Shown: piece after piece, positions 52,983 through 64,000 of the stretch | How positions within the stretch are numbered: the stretch's first letter is position 1 | Layout: every line of letters starts with the position of its first letter | Assembly (NCBI RefSeq): GCF_049615385.1 | Contig: NZ_JBMZFL010000009.1 | DNA: 64,000 bases | Reading direction: 5' to 3' (one strand) | DNA from: Aequoribacter sp. | Lineage (GTDB): Bacteria; Pseudomonadota; Gammaproteobacteria; Pseudomonadales; Halieaceae | The notes under the pieces: model-generated | What the model was told of the DNA's origin: nothing | Seen by the model: the letters and a program-made list of their open reading frames with translations, nothing else | The model's database searches: none | Program-made: the position numbers and the translations under genes

Positions 52983-55141
52983 TACTCGGCCAATGATTCT
53001 CTTACTGCGTCGAGAACGGCGCGAGCGGAGACTGGAATGGGCGTGCCTGGGCCAAAGATGCATCGAACACCCGCATCGTAAAGGCCTTGATAGTCCTGTT
53101 TAGGGATAACACCGCCAGCAATCACAACAATGTCATCAGCGCCTTGCTTTCTGAGCTCTTCAACCAGAGCGGGTATGAGCGTTTTGTGTCCAGCTGCCAG
53201 CGACGAAGCGCCAACCACGTGAACATCGTTCTCGATAGCCTGCTTAGCGACTTCTTCTGGAGTAGAAAACATGGGAGACAAATCGACATCAAAACCGACG
53301 TCCGCAAAGGCCGTCGCTACGACTTTGGCTCCGCGATCGTGCCCATCTTGCCCCATCTTACACACCAGCATGCGGGGTCGACGACCAAAATCGTTAATGA
53401 ACTGTTCGATGTCTTGACTGATCATTTTCCAATCATCGTCCTCGTCAAAGGCCGCTCCGTAGACACCTGAAACCGTCTGCGCGGTAGCATTAAAGCGGCC
53501 GTATTCTTTCTCAAGAGCCTCGGAAATTTCTCCGACAGTAGCTCGCAGGCGGGTGGCTTTTACCGCCAGATCTAGCAAATTACCCTCACCCTTTTGTGCA
53601 CACGCAGTCAATGCGCTCAGGGCTTCCTCCACAGAAGACTCGTCTCGACTTGCGCGAATTGCCTGTAGACGTTTGATTTGTGACTCACGGACCGCTTGAT
53701 CGTCGATTGACAGCACATCGACTTCTTCTTCGGACTCTGTTTTGTATTTGTTTACGCCCACAATAACGTCTTCGCCACGGTCAATTCGCGCTTGTTTCTT
53801 TGCCGCTGCCTCTTCGATTTTCAGCTTAGGCATGCCGGTCTCGATGGCTTTAGCCATGCCACCTGCTGCTTCGACTTCTTCGATCAGCTCCCACGCTTTG
53901 TCGGCAATCGATTGGGTAAGGTTTTCCATAAAGTAGGAGCCACCCCATGGGTCTACAACCTTGGTGATTCCAGTTTCTTCTTGAATGATAAGCTGGGTGT
54001 TGCGGGCAATACGCGCCGAAAACTCGGTGGGTAAGGCAATGGCCTCATCCAGTGCATTGGTGTGGAGCGACTGAGTGCCACCGAATACCGCTGCCATTGC
54101 TTCGATGGTGGTTCGCACCACGTTGTTGTAGGGATCTTGCTCTGTCAATGACCAACCCGAGGTTTGGCTGTGCGTTCTCAACATCGAGCTTTTAGGATTC
54201 TTTGGGTTGAATTCCGATACGATTTTCGCCCACAGCAAGCGCGCCGCGCGCAACTTGGCGATCTCCATGTAGAAATTCATGCCGATGCCCCAGAAGAAGG
54301 ACAACCTTGGAGCGAAGGCATCGATGTCTAATCCCGCCGCAATCGCGGTGCGAATATACTCTTTGCCATCAGCTAGTGTATAGGCAAGTTCCAATGCGGC
54401 ATTCGCTCCAGCTTCCTGAATATGGTAGCCCGAAATGCTAATGGTGTTGAACTTGGGCATATTTTGAGAGCAGTAAGCAATAATGTCCCCGATGATACGC
54501 ATGCTCGGCGCCGGCGGGTAAATGTAGGTATTGCGAACCATGAACTCTTTCAGAATATCATTTTGAATGGTGCCCGCGAGTTGCTCGGGACCCACGCCCT
54601 GCTCTTCAGCAGCGACAATGTATCCGGCCAGCACGGGAAGCACGGCGCCGTTCATCGTCATGGACACCGACACTTTATCGAGTGGTATTCCATCGAACAG
54701 GATCTTCATGTCCTCGACTGAATCGATAGCGACGCCCGCTTTGCCCACATCTCCAGACACACGAGGGTGGTCTGAGTCGTAACCGCGGTGCGTAGCCAGG
54801 TCAAAAGCAACCGAAACACCCTGCCCGCCCGCGGCCAGCGCCTTGCGGTAAAACGCGTTCGATTCTTCCGCGGTTGAGAAGCCAGCATACTGACGGATAG
54901 TCCAAGGGCGGCCGGCATACATGGTGGCTTGCGGCCCGCGGATATAGGGCGACATACCTGGCATAGTATTGGTGTATTGCAGTCCGTCTAAGTCTTCCAT
55001 CGTGTACAGCGCTTTGACATCGATATCTTCAGGGGTGTGCCAAACCAAGTCATCAATCGATTTGCCGCGCATTTGTGATTCCGCAACCGTCTTCCAGTTG
55101 TCAGGCGTAGCGTCATTGGGATCGTAAATTGAATCGCTCAT
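52982..55141 (-). CDS. Methylmalonyl-CoA mutase, single large polypeptide (substrate barrel plus B12-binding domain)
   Basis: 719 aa. TIM-barrel region ([20 protein letters not shown]). C-terminal cobalamin domain ([16 protein letters not shown] with the DxHxxG motif). Confidence 0.95.
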   Translation of the reverse strand: MSDSIYDPNDATPDNWKTVAESQMRGKSIDDLVWHTPEDIDVKALYTMEDLDGLQYTNTMPGMSPYIRGPQATMYAGRPWTIRQYAGFSTAEESNAFYRKALAAGGQGVSVAFDLATHRGYDSDHPRVSGDVGKAGVAIDSVEDMKILFDGIPLDKVSVSMTMNGAVLPVLAGYIVAAEEQGVGPEQLAGTIQNDILKEFMVRNTYIYPPAPSMRIIGDIIAYCSQNMPKFNTISISGYHIQEAGANAALELAYTLADGKEYIRTAIAAGLDIDAFAPRLSFFWGIGMNFYMEIAKLRAARLLWAKIVSEFNPKNPKSSMLRTHSQTSGWSLTEQDPYNNVVRTTIEAMAAVFGGTQSLHTNALDEAIALPTEFSARIARNTQLIIQEETGITKVVDPWGGSYFMENLTQSIADKAWELIEEVEAAGGMAKAIETGMPKLKIEEAAAKKQARIDRGEDVIVGVNKYKTESEEEVDVLSIDDQAVRESQIKRLQAIRASRDESSVEEALSALTACAQKGEGNLLDLAVKATRLRATVGEISEALEKEYGRFNATAQTVSGVYGAAFDEDDDWKMISQDIEQFINDFGRRPRMLVCKMGQDGHDRGAKVVATAFADVGFDVDLSPMFSTPEEVAKQAIENDVHVVGASSLAAGHKTLIPALVEELRKQGADDIVVIAGGVIPKQDYQGLYDAGVRCIFGPGTPIPVSARAVLDAVRESLAE

Positions 55142-55157
55142 AAGGTGTCTCTATTAT

Positions 55158-55568
55158 TTAGTGGGCGTCGGCAGGTTGGCTCAGCTCGATCAAAACACCG
55201 CCACAACTTTTCGGGTGAATAAAAATTACGGTCGAGCCATGCGCTCCCGGCGTCGGTTTATCACCAATGAACTGATAGCCTTTAGTACGCAAACGCTCGA
55301 CATCCTCTTCTATGTTGTCTGTGCGGAAACACAGGTGGTGTATCCCACCACCCCGCTTCTCTAGGTACCCCGCGATTGGCCCTTCGCCGTTCAGTGGATG
55401 AACGAGTTCGATGCTGGTGGGCGGCAACGGAAAAAAAGCCGTGGTTGTTTTGGCCGCTTCGACAATTTCGGTACCTTCATAAGTCAAACCAAAATCTTCC
55501 ATAAAGCGCTTGATCGCTGCGTCCAGGTCTGGAACGGCGATTGCTATGTGGTCTAGCGCAGTAATCAT
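55158..55568 (-). CDS. mce: Methylmalonyl-CoA epimerase (VOC superfamily)
   Basis: 136 aa. LDHIAIAVPDLDAA...GGIHHLCF pattern. Position between the carboxylase and the mutase. Confidence 0.85.
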   Translation of the reverse strand: MITALDHIAIAVPDLDAAIKRFMEDFGLTYEGTEIVEAAKTTTAFFPLPPTSIELVHPLNGEGPIAGYLEKRGGGIHHLCFRTDNIEEDVERLRTKGYQFIGDKPTPGAHGSTVIFIHPKSCGGVLIELSQPADAH

Positions 55569-55577
55569 AACAGCTCC

Positions 55578-58436
55578 TTAAAGTAACGATTGCATCAGCT
55601 CGGTGGTTTTGGCTCGCTGACGTGCCTGCTTCTGCTCGGACGTTTCTATTTCTATTTTCTCATCGGGTGTGATTTTGAATAAAGGTTGCCCTTTGCGAAT
55701 AATCACTCCGTCTTTGTCGACCAAGACCTGGTCAACGGTCCCCGCGAAAGGTGCATAGACCTTGTTGAACATCTTCATGACTTCGACGATGTATAAGGGG
55801 TCGCCTGCTTCAAAATGCGAGCCAGGCTCAACGTATAAGGCATGCTCTGGACTCTCTCGACCATAAAACATGCCGCCACTCGCCGCCAAAATTTCATCTG
55901 CTTTGGCAGCTGGCGGTGGCGCAAGTACCTTAGCCATTTTTGCCTGATGATCAGCATCGAGCAGGCGCTCTGGAATATAAATCGTCAAATCTTCATTAAC
56001 AGCCAATGCGTAGAAGTCTGCGAGGAGCCCCAGTTTTGGAAGTATGAGCAATAAATCCATGCCGGCTTGATAGCCGTAATGTGCCGATCTCACGGCTGCC
56101 CACAGTTCCTCACTTAAATCGGACCCCTCTGGCGCACAATCTTCATCCAGTACAGAGCACAGTTCAATCCAGTCTTCACAGGCAAGACGATCGTCTAAAT
56201 CTTGATAAAACTGATTAGCTTCTTGCAGTAACTCATTGTCATGACTCCAAATCATACTTGCAGCCGCCTGTCCCGCGCGGTACCCCATATTCAAGAACTC
56301 ATAAGTTTCGGCCAGCAGTTCTACCGGATTTTCGTTCCAGACTAGGGTGTCCCCCACAAGGCCGACACAGTCGCTGTGGATACTCAACCAGCCACTCAGA
56401 GCGTGTGGATCGCTCAGTAAAGCGCCCAAAGGGCGCGTCAGCAAGGTTTGTTTGAGCGCTAAGCACTCGGAAAGCGCTGTTTTGGCCGCCCCCTCAGCCC
56501 CAGCCGTGACGTGGTCGGCCAATAAATGCCAAGCCGCGTCGAGGTCAATGTTGTCTGCAAGAGCTTTTACTTCACCCACAAGAGTCAGATAGGGAACAAT
56601 AAACCGAGTAGTGGGACGTGCATTGATGTTGTTGCCGATGAACCAATTGACCAAACCATTGTGGAACGACAAGTTGGTTGCCAAGTCCTTGCCGCGAATG
56701 GTGGTGCGACGCAAGGTCTCTGCCATACGCTCGTATGTGTCTAAACGCGTTTCACCTACGGTTAAGAGCAAAGCAATATTCGAATCATAAGCTCCTGCTA
56801 AAGTGTATTTGATAAATACATCGGTATCGGGGTTGTGTAACGAAATGCCTTGGTCGTCGCGAATCTCTCCCTCAATTGCGTCGCTCCAGTACTCGATGAC
56901 ACCGCCAGCCGATGGCTGCAAGGCACTGTTCGTCGCGTTTAGGCGTGCCTCGACGCTGTCGTTATGCCGCAAAATACGTTCGGGTTTGGGGAGTTTTGAA
57001 CCGTGTGCGGCCAGCAATACCATCGCCTCGACGAGAGACTCCACAATAAAGTAATCATTGGGGTTTTCTGGATTCACAAACTTGAGCGCGTAGCACAGCT
57101 CCGTCACGCGGTGCTCTACTTGGATTCGAGTATTCATTTCCATAAAGAAGTGTTTATCGCGATCGACGATGCACTCAAAGGTCGACACCGAATCCAGGCC
57201 CACTGCTTCGCCAAATCGCGCCGCCTCATCTTCCATTGCGATCAGCGTTTTTAAATCTTGCTCTAGCACACCTTGCTCAGTCGCACGCCCCTGCTGTTTC
57301 GCTTCTTCAATAGCGGCCTGTAGTGATTCAACAGTCACCGACACTTCCAGTAACTTCTGCTCGTGCATCTGAAGCGAGCAGTCGCGCCCGCCCAAAGTCA
57401 TCGACCATTCACCGTTACCAATCACTTGGATTTCTTGGTGGCGCGTGGTTTCGATATTGAGCTCGACCAAAACGTTTTTATTGTCGCCAACGCCGGTCGC
57501 TTTCACTTCGTTCAAGATTTCACGGATTAACTCGGGAGTTTTTCTAGCCGCCTGCTCAATACGTGAGGCTTCGTCGCCCTCATAAGCCGATGGCGCAGCC
57601 AGGATGCGTTGCCCCTTTCCGCCACCGCCCGAGATCGCCTTTAATCGCACGCGATTGCTGGGGTACTCTGCATACATTCGCATAACGGCTTCGGTGAGCG
57701 TTTCTGATAACTCATCAACAGTGTATAAATCGATACCCTTATCGTAGGACGCTTGAAGCACTAAATCCGCTTTGTCTTCCAACGAGACATCCGTTTGATC
57801 CAACAGTGATTCATCTAAAGGTAATGCTTGCTCGGCAATTAGATCCTTAAGGGCTTGAATGGTTGGATACTTCTTTAGCAGTGTCAGCGCAGTGCCGTTG
57901 TCGATGCCTGGCGTAACACTGACACCCACACGGAGAGCCGTTCTTTTCGCCTCATCTTTGAGGCCAGCATCGTGCACGGTTTTGGAGCAGGGTCCAACAA
58001 AATTAAGCCCTGCCTTCTCCATTGCCGCGACCATGGCTTCGTCTTCTGCCATGAAGCCATAACCTGCGAAGATCGAATTGTAGCCATTGGTGTGAGCTAT
58101 CGAAATAATTTGCGCTATGCGTTGTTCCCGCTCTTCTTTATTAGCGCCGGTATAGTCGGGTACTCGGTGAATGTTGTTTGGGTCTTTGATTGCCCGTAGC
58201 TCAGGTGCCAAGGCATCCTGGTACACAATTGAATCTTTTTCGCTGAGCAAGATGCCGAAATCCTTGATACCCATCTCGACAAAGACATCCATCGCTTCTT
58301 TGCGAATGGGGCCCCGGCAAATAATCAGAGGCCGCAATTCGCGACAGTCGAACTGACGAATCCACTCGGAAGCGTGCGCATGCAGCTGACGATTTTTATG
58401 GATCAACGGGTTGTTTAAATAATGTTCGTTTGACAC
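55578..58436 (-). CDS. Atypically long (952 aa) biotin carboxylase plus BCCP subunit of an acyl-CoA (probably propionyl-CoA) carboxylase
   Basis: ATP-grasp/BC motifs: GGGGKG (aa 270-275), RDCSLQMHEQK (aa 351-), EMNTRIQVEH (aa 433-442). C-terminal biotinyl domain with EVMKMF (Lys888). Large extra segments lie before the glycine loop, inside the BC core, and between BC and BCCP. Confidence 0.8.
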   Translation of the reverse strand: MSNEHYLNNPLIHKNRQLHAHASEWIRQFDCRELRPLIICRGPIRKEAMDVFVEMGIKDFGILLSEKDSIVYQDALAPELRAIKDPNNIHRVPDYTGANKEEREQRIAQIISIAHTNGYNSIFAGYGFMAEDEAMVAAMEKAGLNFVGPCSKTVHDAGLKDEAKRTALRVGVSVTPGIDNGTALTLLKKYPTIQALKDLIAEQALPLDESLLDQTDVSLEDKADLVLQASYDKGIDLYTVDELSETLTEAVMRMYAEYPSNRVRLKAISGGGGKGQRILAAPSAYEGDEASRIEQAARKTPELIREILNEVKATGVGDNKNVLVELNIETTRHQEIQVIGNGEWSMTLGGRDCSLQMHEQKLLEVSVTVESLQAAIEEAKQQGRATEQGVLEQDLKTLIAMEDEAARFGEAVGLDSVSTFECIVDRDKHFFMEMNTRIQVEHRVTELCYALKFVNPENPNDYFIVESLVEAMVLLAAHGSKLPKPERILRHNDSVEARLNATNSALQPSAGGVIEYWSDAIEGEIRDDQGISLHNPDTDVFIKYTLAGAYDSNIALLLTVGETRLDTYERMAETLRRTTIRGKDLATNLSFHNGLVNWFIGNNINARPTTRFIVPYLTLVGEVKALADNIDLDAAWHLLADHVTAGAEGAAKTALSECLALKQTLLTRPLGALLSDPHALSGWLSIHSDCVGLVGDTLVWNENPVELLAETYEFLNMGYRAGQAAASMIWSHDNELLQEANQFYQDLDDRLACEDWIELCSVLDEDCAPEGSDLSEELWAAVRSAHYGYQAGMDLLLILPKLGLLADFYALAVNEDLTIYIPERLLDADHQAKMAKVLAPPPAAKADEILAASGGMFYGRESPEHALYVEPGSHFEAGDPLYIVEVMKMFNKVYAPFAGTVDQVLVDKDGVIIRKGQPLFKITPDEKIEIETSEQKQARQRAKTTELMQSLL

Positions 58437-58466
58437 TGTTCGTTCCTCTTGAAATCGTCGACGTGC

Positions 58467-60200
58467 TTAGTGGAATTCGCGCTGAACGCCGCCCATGGGC
58501 TCTGGCGTGTAGTGTCGTAGGCAGAATGCCATTTGCTCACCCAACACTTGACGCAGATCCGAGGGCATGACGATTTGCGAAATTGACCCAAGGCTTAAAG
58601 CTTCGTTAGGGTTCATGAGCTCTCGCTCGTAGCGCTGCGCCAACAGCTGTTCTTCTGCCTTAACCCACTCATTCACCAACACCGTCGCCGTTTCTAACGC
58701 TTCGTTTTCGCTCATGCCTGCTGCACGCTGGGCTTCGGCCTCCTGAACAACTTTGGATTTGGCGGACTGGCGAATTTTACGGAGCTCATCTTTGTACACA
58801 TATTCGACACCCGCAGGCCCCATAACGGCCACTCGTGTGGTAGGCAATGCAACGACGAAGTCTGCTCCCGTCGGGTAGTTGTTGTAAGACGCATAGGCAC
58901 CACCGAAGGCGTTACGAACCAAAACAAGGAAGCGAGGTGTCCTTAGGTCGACAATTGCGTCGAGCATTGCGCGACCTGCCTGAACAATACCTCTGCTCTC
59001 TTGCTCTCGCCCCGGTAAAAACCCGGTGGTATCTTCCAAGAAAATAATGGGGATGTTGTACAGGTTGCAAAAGCGGATGAAACGTGCATTTTTGTAGGCC
59101 GCGTCAACATCGATCTGCCCCGAGGCTACCGCTGAATTGTTGGCCACAAAGCCCACAACGTTGCCCCCCATACGCCCTAGAGCTGTAATTGTGTTGCGTG
59201 CTCGCTCAGGCTGTATTTCTAAAAAGTCACCATGATCACACAGTTGCTGAATCAGGATGCTGATATCGATGGGAGTGTTGAAGCCTGTTGGAGAATTAAA
59301 GGCTTGCTTAAGCAATATATCGATATCCCATGTTTTGCGACTTAGGGGGTCACTGGAAGCCTGCAACGGCGCTAACTCGCCGGCATGGCTGGGCAAATAG
59401 TTGAGCAACTCGCGGACCTTTCTAAGCGCTGCGACCTCATCGGGCACGACAAAATCGGTGACGCCACTCTGAGAATGCACTTTGGGGCCCCCTAATTCGT
59501 CTGGGGTCACGTCCTCACCGAGCACAGATTTAACCACGCCGGGACCGGTTAATCCGAAGAAGGTCTCGTTCGGCTGTATTAAAAAGCTACCTTGTCGGGG
59601 AAGGTATGAGCCACCACCTGCGTTAAAGCCAAACATACACATAATACTCGGCACAACGCCCGAAATTTTGCGCAAAGCAGTGAACGCGTCGGCATAGCCA
59701 TCTAGGCCACCAACGCCAGCTGGGATATAGGCCCCCGCCGAATCATTTAAACCAACCACCGGGATTTTACGTTTTGCGGCGAGTTCGAACAGTCGCGCCA
59801 ACTTCTTCCCGTTGGTGGCGTCCATAGACCCTGCTCGCACGGTGAAATCGTGCCCATACACCGCAACGTCACGGCCATTGACCTGTATGAGCCCTGTGAC
59901 CAAGGAGGCGCCATCAAGGTTAGGCCCCCAGTTTTGATAGAAGACAGTAAATGGTCCGTCGGTCAGGCACTGGATGCGTTCCCAGATTGTCATGCGATTC
60001 TTTTGATGCTGACGCATAATCGCTTTCGTACCAGCAGCCACATGAGGACGCTGCTGCAAATTCCAACCGGCCTCCAGTGACTTCTCGTAAAGTCCTGGTT
60101 CACCAACGATCGCCCCGGGCACAGTAAATTGCTTGTTCTGCTTCTTCTGAAACGGATTGGACAGCGTGGGCTCGAGTTGTTCCGTGTTTTGTTTGGTCAT
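58467..60200 (-). CDS. Acyl-CoA carboxylase carboxyltransferase (beta) subunit
   Basis: Carboxyl-transferase family pattern ([19 protein letters not shown], two crotonase-like halves). 577 aa, with about 40 aa of N-terminal extension relative to a typical PccB. First gene of the operon. Confidence 0.88.
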   Translation of the reverse strand: MTKQNTEQLEPTLSNPFQKKQNKQFTVPGAIVGEPGLYEKSLEAGWNLQQRPHVAAGTKAIMRQHQKNRMTIWERIQCLTDGPFTVFYQNWGPNLDGASLVTGLIQVNGRDVAVYGHDFTVRAGSMDATNGKKLARLFELAAKRKIPVVGLNDSAGAYIPAGVGGLDGYADAFTALRKISGVVPSIMCMFGFNAGGGSYLPRQGSFLIQPNETFFGLTGPGVVKSVLGEDVTPDELGGPKVHSQSGVTDFVVPDEVAALRKVRELLNYLPSHAGELAPLQASSDPLSRKTWDIDILLKQAFNSPTGFNTPIDISILIQQLCDHGDFLEIQPERARNTITALGRMGGNVVGFVANNSAVASGQIDVDAAYKNARFIRFCNLYNIPIIFLEDTTGFLPGREQESRGIVQAGRAMLDAIVDLRTPRFLVLVRNAFGGAYASYNNYPTGADFVVALPTTRVAVMGPAGVEYVYKDELRKIRQSAKSKVVQEAEAQRAAGMSENEALETATVLVNEWVKAEEQLLAQRYERELMNPNEALSLGSISQIVMPSDLRQVLGEQMAFCLRHYTPEPMGGVQREFH

Positions 60201-60444
60201 AGAGTCGTGTCTCTTATTGTACTCAAGAGTGCGTTATGGCTGTTCATTACTCGGCGCGTCAAGTGCCTGAACCACCTTGCGTTTCGTTAAAAATTAAAGT
60301 TTGCCCACACTACCGCAACGGCCACGAAAGTCAATTTGTGACCCGTATATGCGATTGAAATTAGAACCCTCATTTGGCTTAGATCGCATGATGCCGCAAG
60401 ACCGATTAAACTAGGGCATCTGTTCATCATTGTGATCTTAGTTC

Positions 60445-61773
60445 ATGACCCGAGCCCCAAGTTGCATTCCGCTTTCCCTGCCCTCGGACGCCGCAAGCGC
60501 CATAGCAACGCAGCTGCACGATGAGCGCGGTTTCATCTGGTTAGACAGCGCTAACAGCGGCGGCCAAGCACAAGGTTTCAGTTTGGTATCGTGCGCTCCA
60601 TCCGAAACGATCGCCCATCGGCCCGGTAGTGCGAGCGCATCGGACTTCTTGGACAACTGGAATCAGGCCTATCTTGAGCGAGCAAATCAGCACGGATCGG
60701 CACTGCCGTTCACTGGCGGCTGGCTAGGCGCCTTGTACTACGATTTTGGTGAAGAACTCATGGGTATTCACCGCAATTATTCCGAGAGCGGCGCTACCGC
60801 TTATGTCGCTTACCACCCTTGGGCAATCGTTTTTGATCACCAGGGCAAGTGTTCTTACTGGGTTGACGACGGCTCCCCTCTTGATGACTTCGCGCACGCA
60901 CTCAAAAGCGCCCTGCTCAATCGGATTGAGCCTTATCCCGCACCCAAAATTGGCGCGCTTGAGGCGCTGACATGGAGTGCCATCGAGCCTAGACATGACT
61001 ATATAGATAAGGTCGAAACAATATTGCAGTACCTATTGGCAGGCGACAGCTACCAGGTAAACTATGCACAAGCTTTCGAAACGCAACTGGAGGGCTCTGC
61101 TTGGTCGCGATATCTCGCGCTGCGCACAAAAAATGCCGCGCCGTTCAGCGCCTGTCTGCTCCAGACCTCGCTAGACGATATATTGTGTTTTTCGCCCGAG
61201 CTTTTTATTCGGGGCAGTGACTCTTTATTGGTCACGCAACCGATTAAAGGGACAACGCCAAGGCATGACGATCCGGATATCGATCGGGGGCTCGCCCAAG
61301 AGCTCAGTGACTCGCACAAAAACCGCGCAGAGAACGTGATGATCGTGGATTTACTCCGAAACGACTTAGGTCGTGTGTGCACACCGGGTTCTATTCGTGT
61401 GAATTCGCTGTGCGAACTCCATTCTTACCCCAGCGTTCACCACCTAGTCAGCGAAGTTCAGGGCACTCTTGCTAAAGAGATGACACCGATTGATGCTCTA
61501 AAAGCGACATTTCCGGGCGGCTCCATCACGGGAGCGCCAAAAAAACGCTCCATGGAAATCATTCGGGAACTCGAGGGACTCCCTCGAGGTATTTACTGCG
61601 GCAGCATCTTGGCACTTTCTAATAACGGCAATTTTACGTCGAACATCGCCATTCGCACGATCAGCATCAAAGATGGCTGCGCACGAGTCTGGGGTGGTGG
61701 CGGGATTGTGGCCGACTCAAACGCCAACGATGAGTACCAAGAGACGTTTGATAAGCTATCGAAGATTTTGTAA
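60445..61773 (+). CDS. pabB: Aminodeoxychorismate synthase component I
   Basis: Chorismate-binding family C-terminal motifs (FPGGSITGAPKKRSMEII, GIYCGS, GGGIVADS). 442 aa. Pseudomonas-like neighbourhood with thrH. Confidence 0.82.
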   Translation: MTRAPSCIPLSLPSDAASAIATQLHDERGFIWLDSANSGGQAQGFSLVSCAPSETIAHRPGSASASDFLDNWNQAYLERANQHGSALPFTGGWLGALYYDFGEELMGIHRNYSESGATAYVAYHPWAIVFDHQGKCSYWVDDGSPLDDFAHALKSALLNRIEPYPAPKIGALEALTWSAIEPRHDYIDKVETILQYLLAGDSYQVNYAQAFETQLEGSAWSRYLALRTKNAAPFSACLLQTSLDDILCFSPELFIRGSDSLLVTQPIKGTTPRHDDPDIDRGLAQELSDSHKNRAENVMIVDLLRNDLGRVCTPGSIRVNSLCELHSYPSVHHLVSEVQGTLAKEMTPIDALKATFPGGSITGAPKKRSMEIIRELEGLPRGIYCGSILALSNNGNFTSNIAIRTISIKDGCARVWGGGGIVADSNANDEYQETFDKLSKIL

Positions 61774-61824
61774 CAGCGCTCTGTAACCGATGGCGATCCA
61801 GAGCGCTGAGGCAAGCGTTTAGAA

Positions 61825-62442
61825 CTAGAGTTTGATGTCTCGACTGCTCGCATTGGCGATTAAACGCTTCAGATCGTCATATTCATCCACTGCTTGAAAT
61901 TGCGGGAATTCAGCTTTCACGTTGGCTGGCGCGTGAAACAAAAAGCCTACATCAGCTTCCGACAGCATCGTGGTGTCGTTGTAGCTGTCTCCTGCAGCAA
62001 AAATAGTGTAGTTGAGGCTGTGTAGAGCTTTGATCGACGCCCGCTTGGGGTCTTTTTGCCGCAAGTGGTAATTCACTACCATGCCGTCGGTATCGGTCTC
62101 AAGTCGGTGACAGAACAAGGTAGGCCACCCGAGTTGTTTCATCAGCGGCGCTGAGAACTCGTAGAAGGTGTCGCTCAAAATAATGACTTGGAAGTTCTCG
62201 TTCAACCAGTCGACAAAGGCCTTTGCTCCGGGCAGAGGCTCGAGTGTCGCTATCACGTCCTGGATATCGCTTAACTTCAAGTTATTGTCGCGCAGAATTT
62301 GCAGACGATATTGCATGAGCACATCGTAATCCGGTTCATCACGGGTCGTTTTCTTCAACGCCTCTATTCCAGTTTTCTCGGCAAATGCAATCCATATCTC
62401 GGGAATCAAAACGCCTTCGAGATCTAAACAAACTAGTTCCAC
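61825..62442 (-). CDS. thrH: Phosphoserine phosphatase / homoserine phosphotransferase ThrH
   Basis: 205 aa. HAD motif CLDLEGVL. Nearly colinear with P. aeruginosa ThrH as I remember it (PEIWIAFAEKTGI, ILSDTFYEF, AAGDSYNDTTML). Confidence 0.9.
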   Translation of the reverse strand: MELVCLDLEGVLIPEIWIAFAEKTGIEALKKTTRDEPDYDVLMQYRLQILRDNNLKLSDIQDVIATLEPLPGAKAFVDWLNENFQVIILSDTFYEFSAPLMKQLGWPTLFCHRLETDTDGMVVNYHLRQKDPKRASIKALHSLNYTIFAAGDSYNDTTMLSEADVGFLFHAPANVKAEFPQFQAVDEYDDLKRLIANASSRDIKL

Positions 62443-62457
62443 TGTATATCCTTTTGA

Positions 62458-63450
<993 letters not shown>

Positions 63451-63494
63451 TTATAATGACAGGTTACAACGAAGCAAAGTTGCCCACAAGTTGG

Positions 63495-64000
63495 TTATAA
63501 CTTGTCCGACCCCTGATTTGCCACACCATGGGGCACGTGCCCCGTGGCGACATGCGCGCTCGCCGACGCACAATGTGAGGCCTGATCATCGAAAAACACG
63601 TCGGCTTGATAGGCCTTTAGAAACGCTGACTTGTCCATACCACCCAAAAAAATAGATTCGTCGATTCGAACATTCCAAGCCCGCAACGTGCGAATGACCC
63701 TCTCGTGCGCTGGCGCAGATCGGGCTGTGACAAGCGCTGTTCGAATAGGTGATTCGTGCTCGGGCGCTGACTGCTGCAAATCGTGAAGTGCCCCTAAAAA
63801 GCCTCTAAAAGGTCCCCCAGACAGCGGCTGTTTTGCCGACGCTCGCTCGGACGCTGTAAACGCCTCAAGTCCCTCTTGTTTATAAATGCGCTCGGCCTCG
63901 TCAGAAAACAGTACCGCATCACCATCGAATGCAACTCGGAGCTGCGCGTTGCTTGATTTCGTTGTACCGTGGGACACCAGAGTTGCTGCCGCCACGCCAT
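63495..64000 (-). CDS. 5'-nucleotidase family protein (pfam06189-like), 5' end truncated by the window edge
   Basis: C-terminal half pattern AFDGDAVLFSDEAERIY...IRTALVTARSAPAHERVIRTLRAWN...FLGG...DVFFDDQ. The reading frame is open to position 64000, so the N-terminal half lies outside the window. Confidence 0.72.
   Translation of the reverse strand, partial: GVAAATLVSHGTTKSSNAQLRVAFDGDAVLFSDEAERIYKQEGLEAFTASERASAKQPLSGGPFRGFLGALHDLQQSAPEHESPIRTALVTARSAPAHERVIRTLRAWNVRIDESIFLGGMDKSAFLKAYQADVFFDDQASHCASASAHVATGHVPHGVANQGSDKL

Noticed and set aside
60201-60444. Cobalamin riboswitch upstream of the mutase/carboxylase operon, and upstream of metH at 5876-6033
   Set aside because: I found no B12-box-like sequence or extended conserved stems by eye. 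B12-dependent enzymes themselves are not normally riboswitch-controlled. An Rfam scan (RF00174) would confirm.

Overview
The window is a densely packed, moderately GC-rich chromosomal core segment of a gammaproteobacterium. I call about 57 protein genes and saw no rRNA or tRNA genes, CRISPR arrays, transposases, integrases, phage genes or recognisable defence or toxin-antitoxin modules. Gene order mixes E. coli-like blocks (mltD-gloB-yafS-rnhA-dnaQ; ftsK-lolA-crcB-serS; trxB, aat-bpt-infA, clpS-clpA; icd next to rluE-nudJ-mnmA-hflD-purB) with Pseudomonas-like features (552-aa CysI, pabB, thrH-cysB). A marine Cellvibrionales or Pseudomonadales-like origin is only a guess. I therefore do not see a clear, wholly undescribed system, and most of the window is ordinary housekeeping DNA.

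Five regions deserve a second look:
1. 23.8-31.4 kb: a sigma54/FisR-type sulfide-oxidation module. It has a regulator with a C-X10-C-X6-C triad, two tandem GTCA-T5-GAC/GGC upstream sites, and a near-consensus -24/-12 promoter. Downstream lie a persulfide dioxygenase, a DUF442::SQR fusion and a co-transcribed SulP/STAS permease. A second, divergent SulP paralogue sits on the other side of the regulator.
2. 51.7-60.2 kb: a methylmalonyl-pathway operon whose biotin carboxylase/BCCP subunit is abnormally long (952 aa, with several insertions). The operon ends in a small Rieske [2Fe-2S] gene.
3. 7.9-13.7 kb: an AddAB-type helicase-nuclease pair with an iron-staple AddB-like subunit lacking a Walker A motif.
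4. 50.8-51.7 kb: a GNAT protein fused to an uncharacterised C-terminal domain.
5. Scattered sites: an unannotated 37-codon membrane-peptide ORF and a few short intergenic palindromes.

All functional calls rest on motif and family recognition by eye from the supplied translations. No database search was run.
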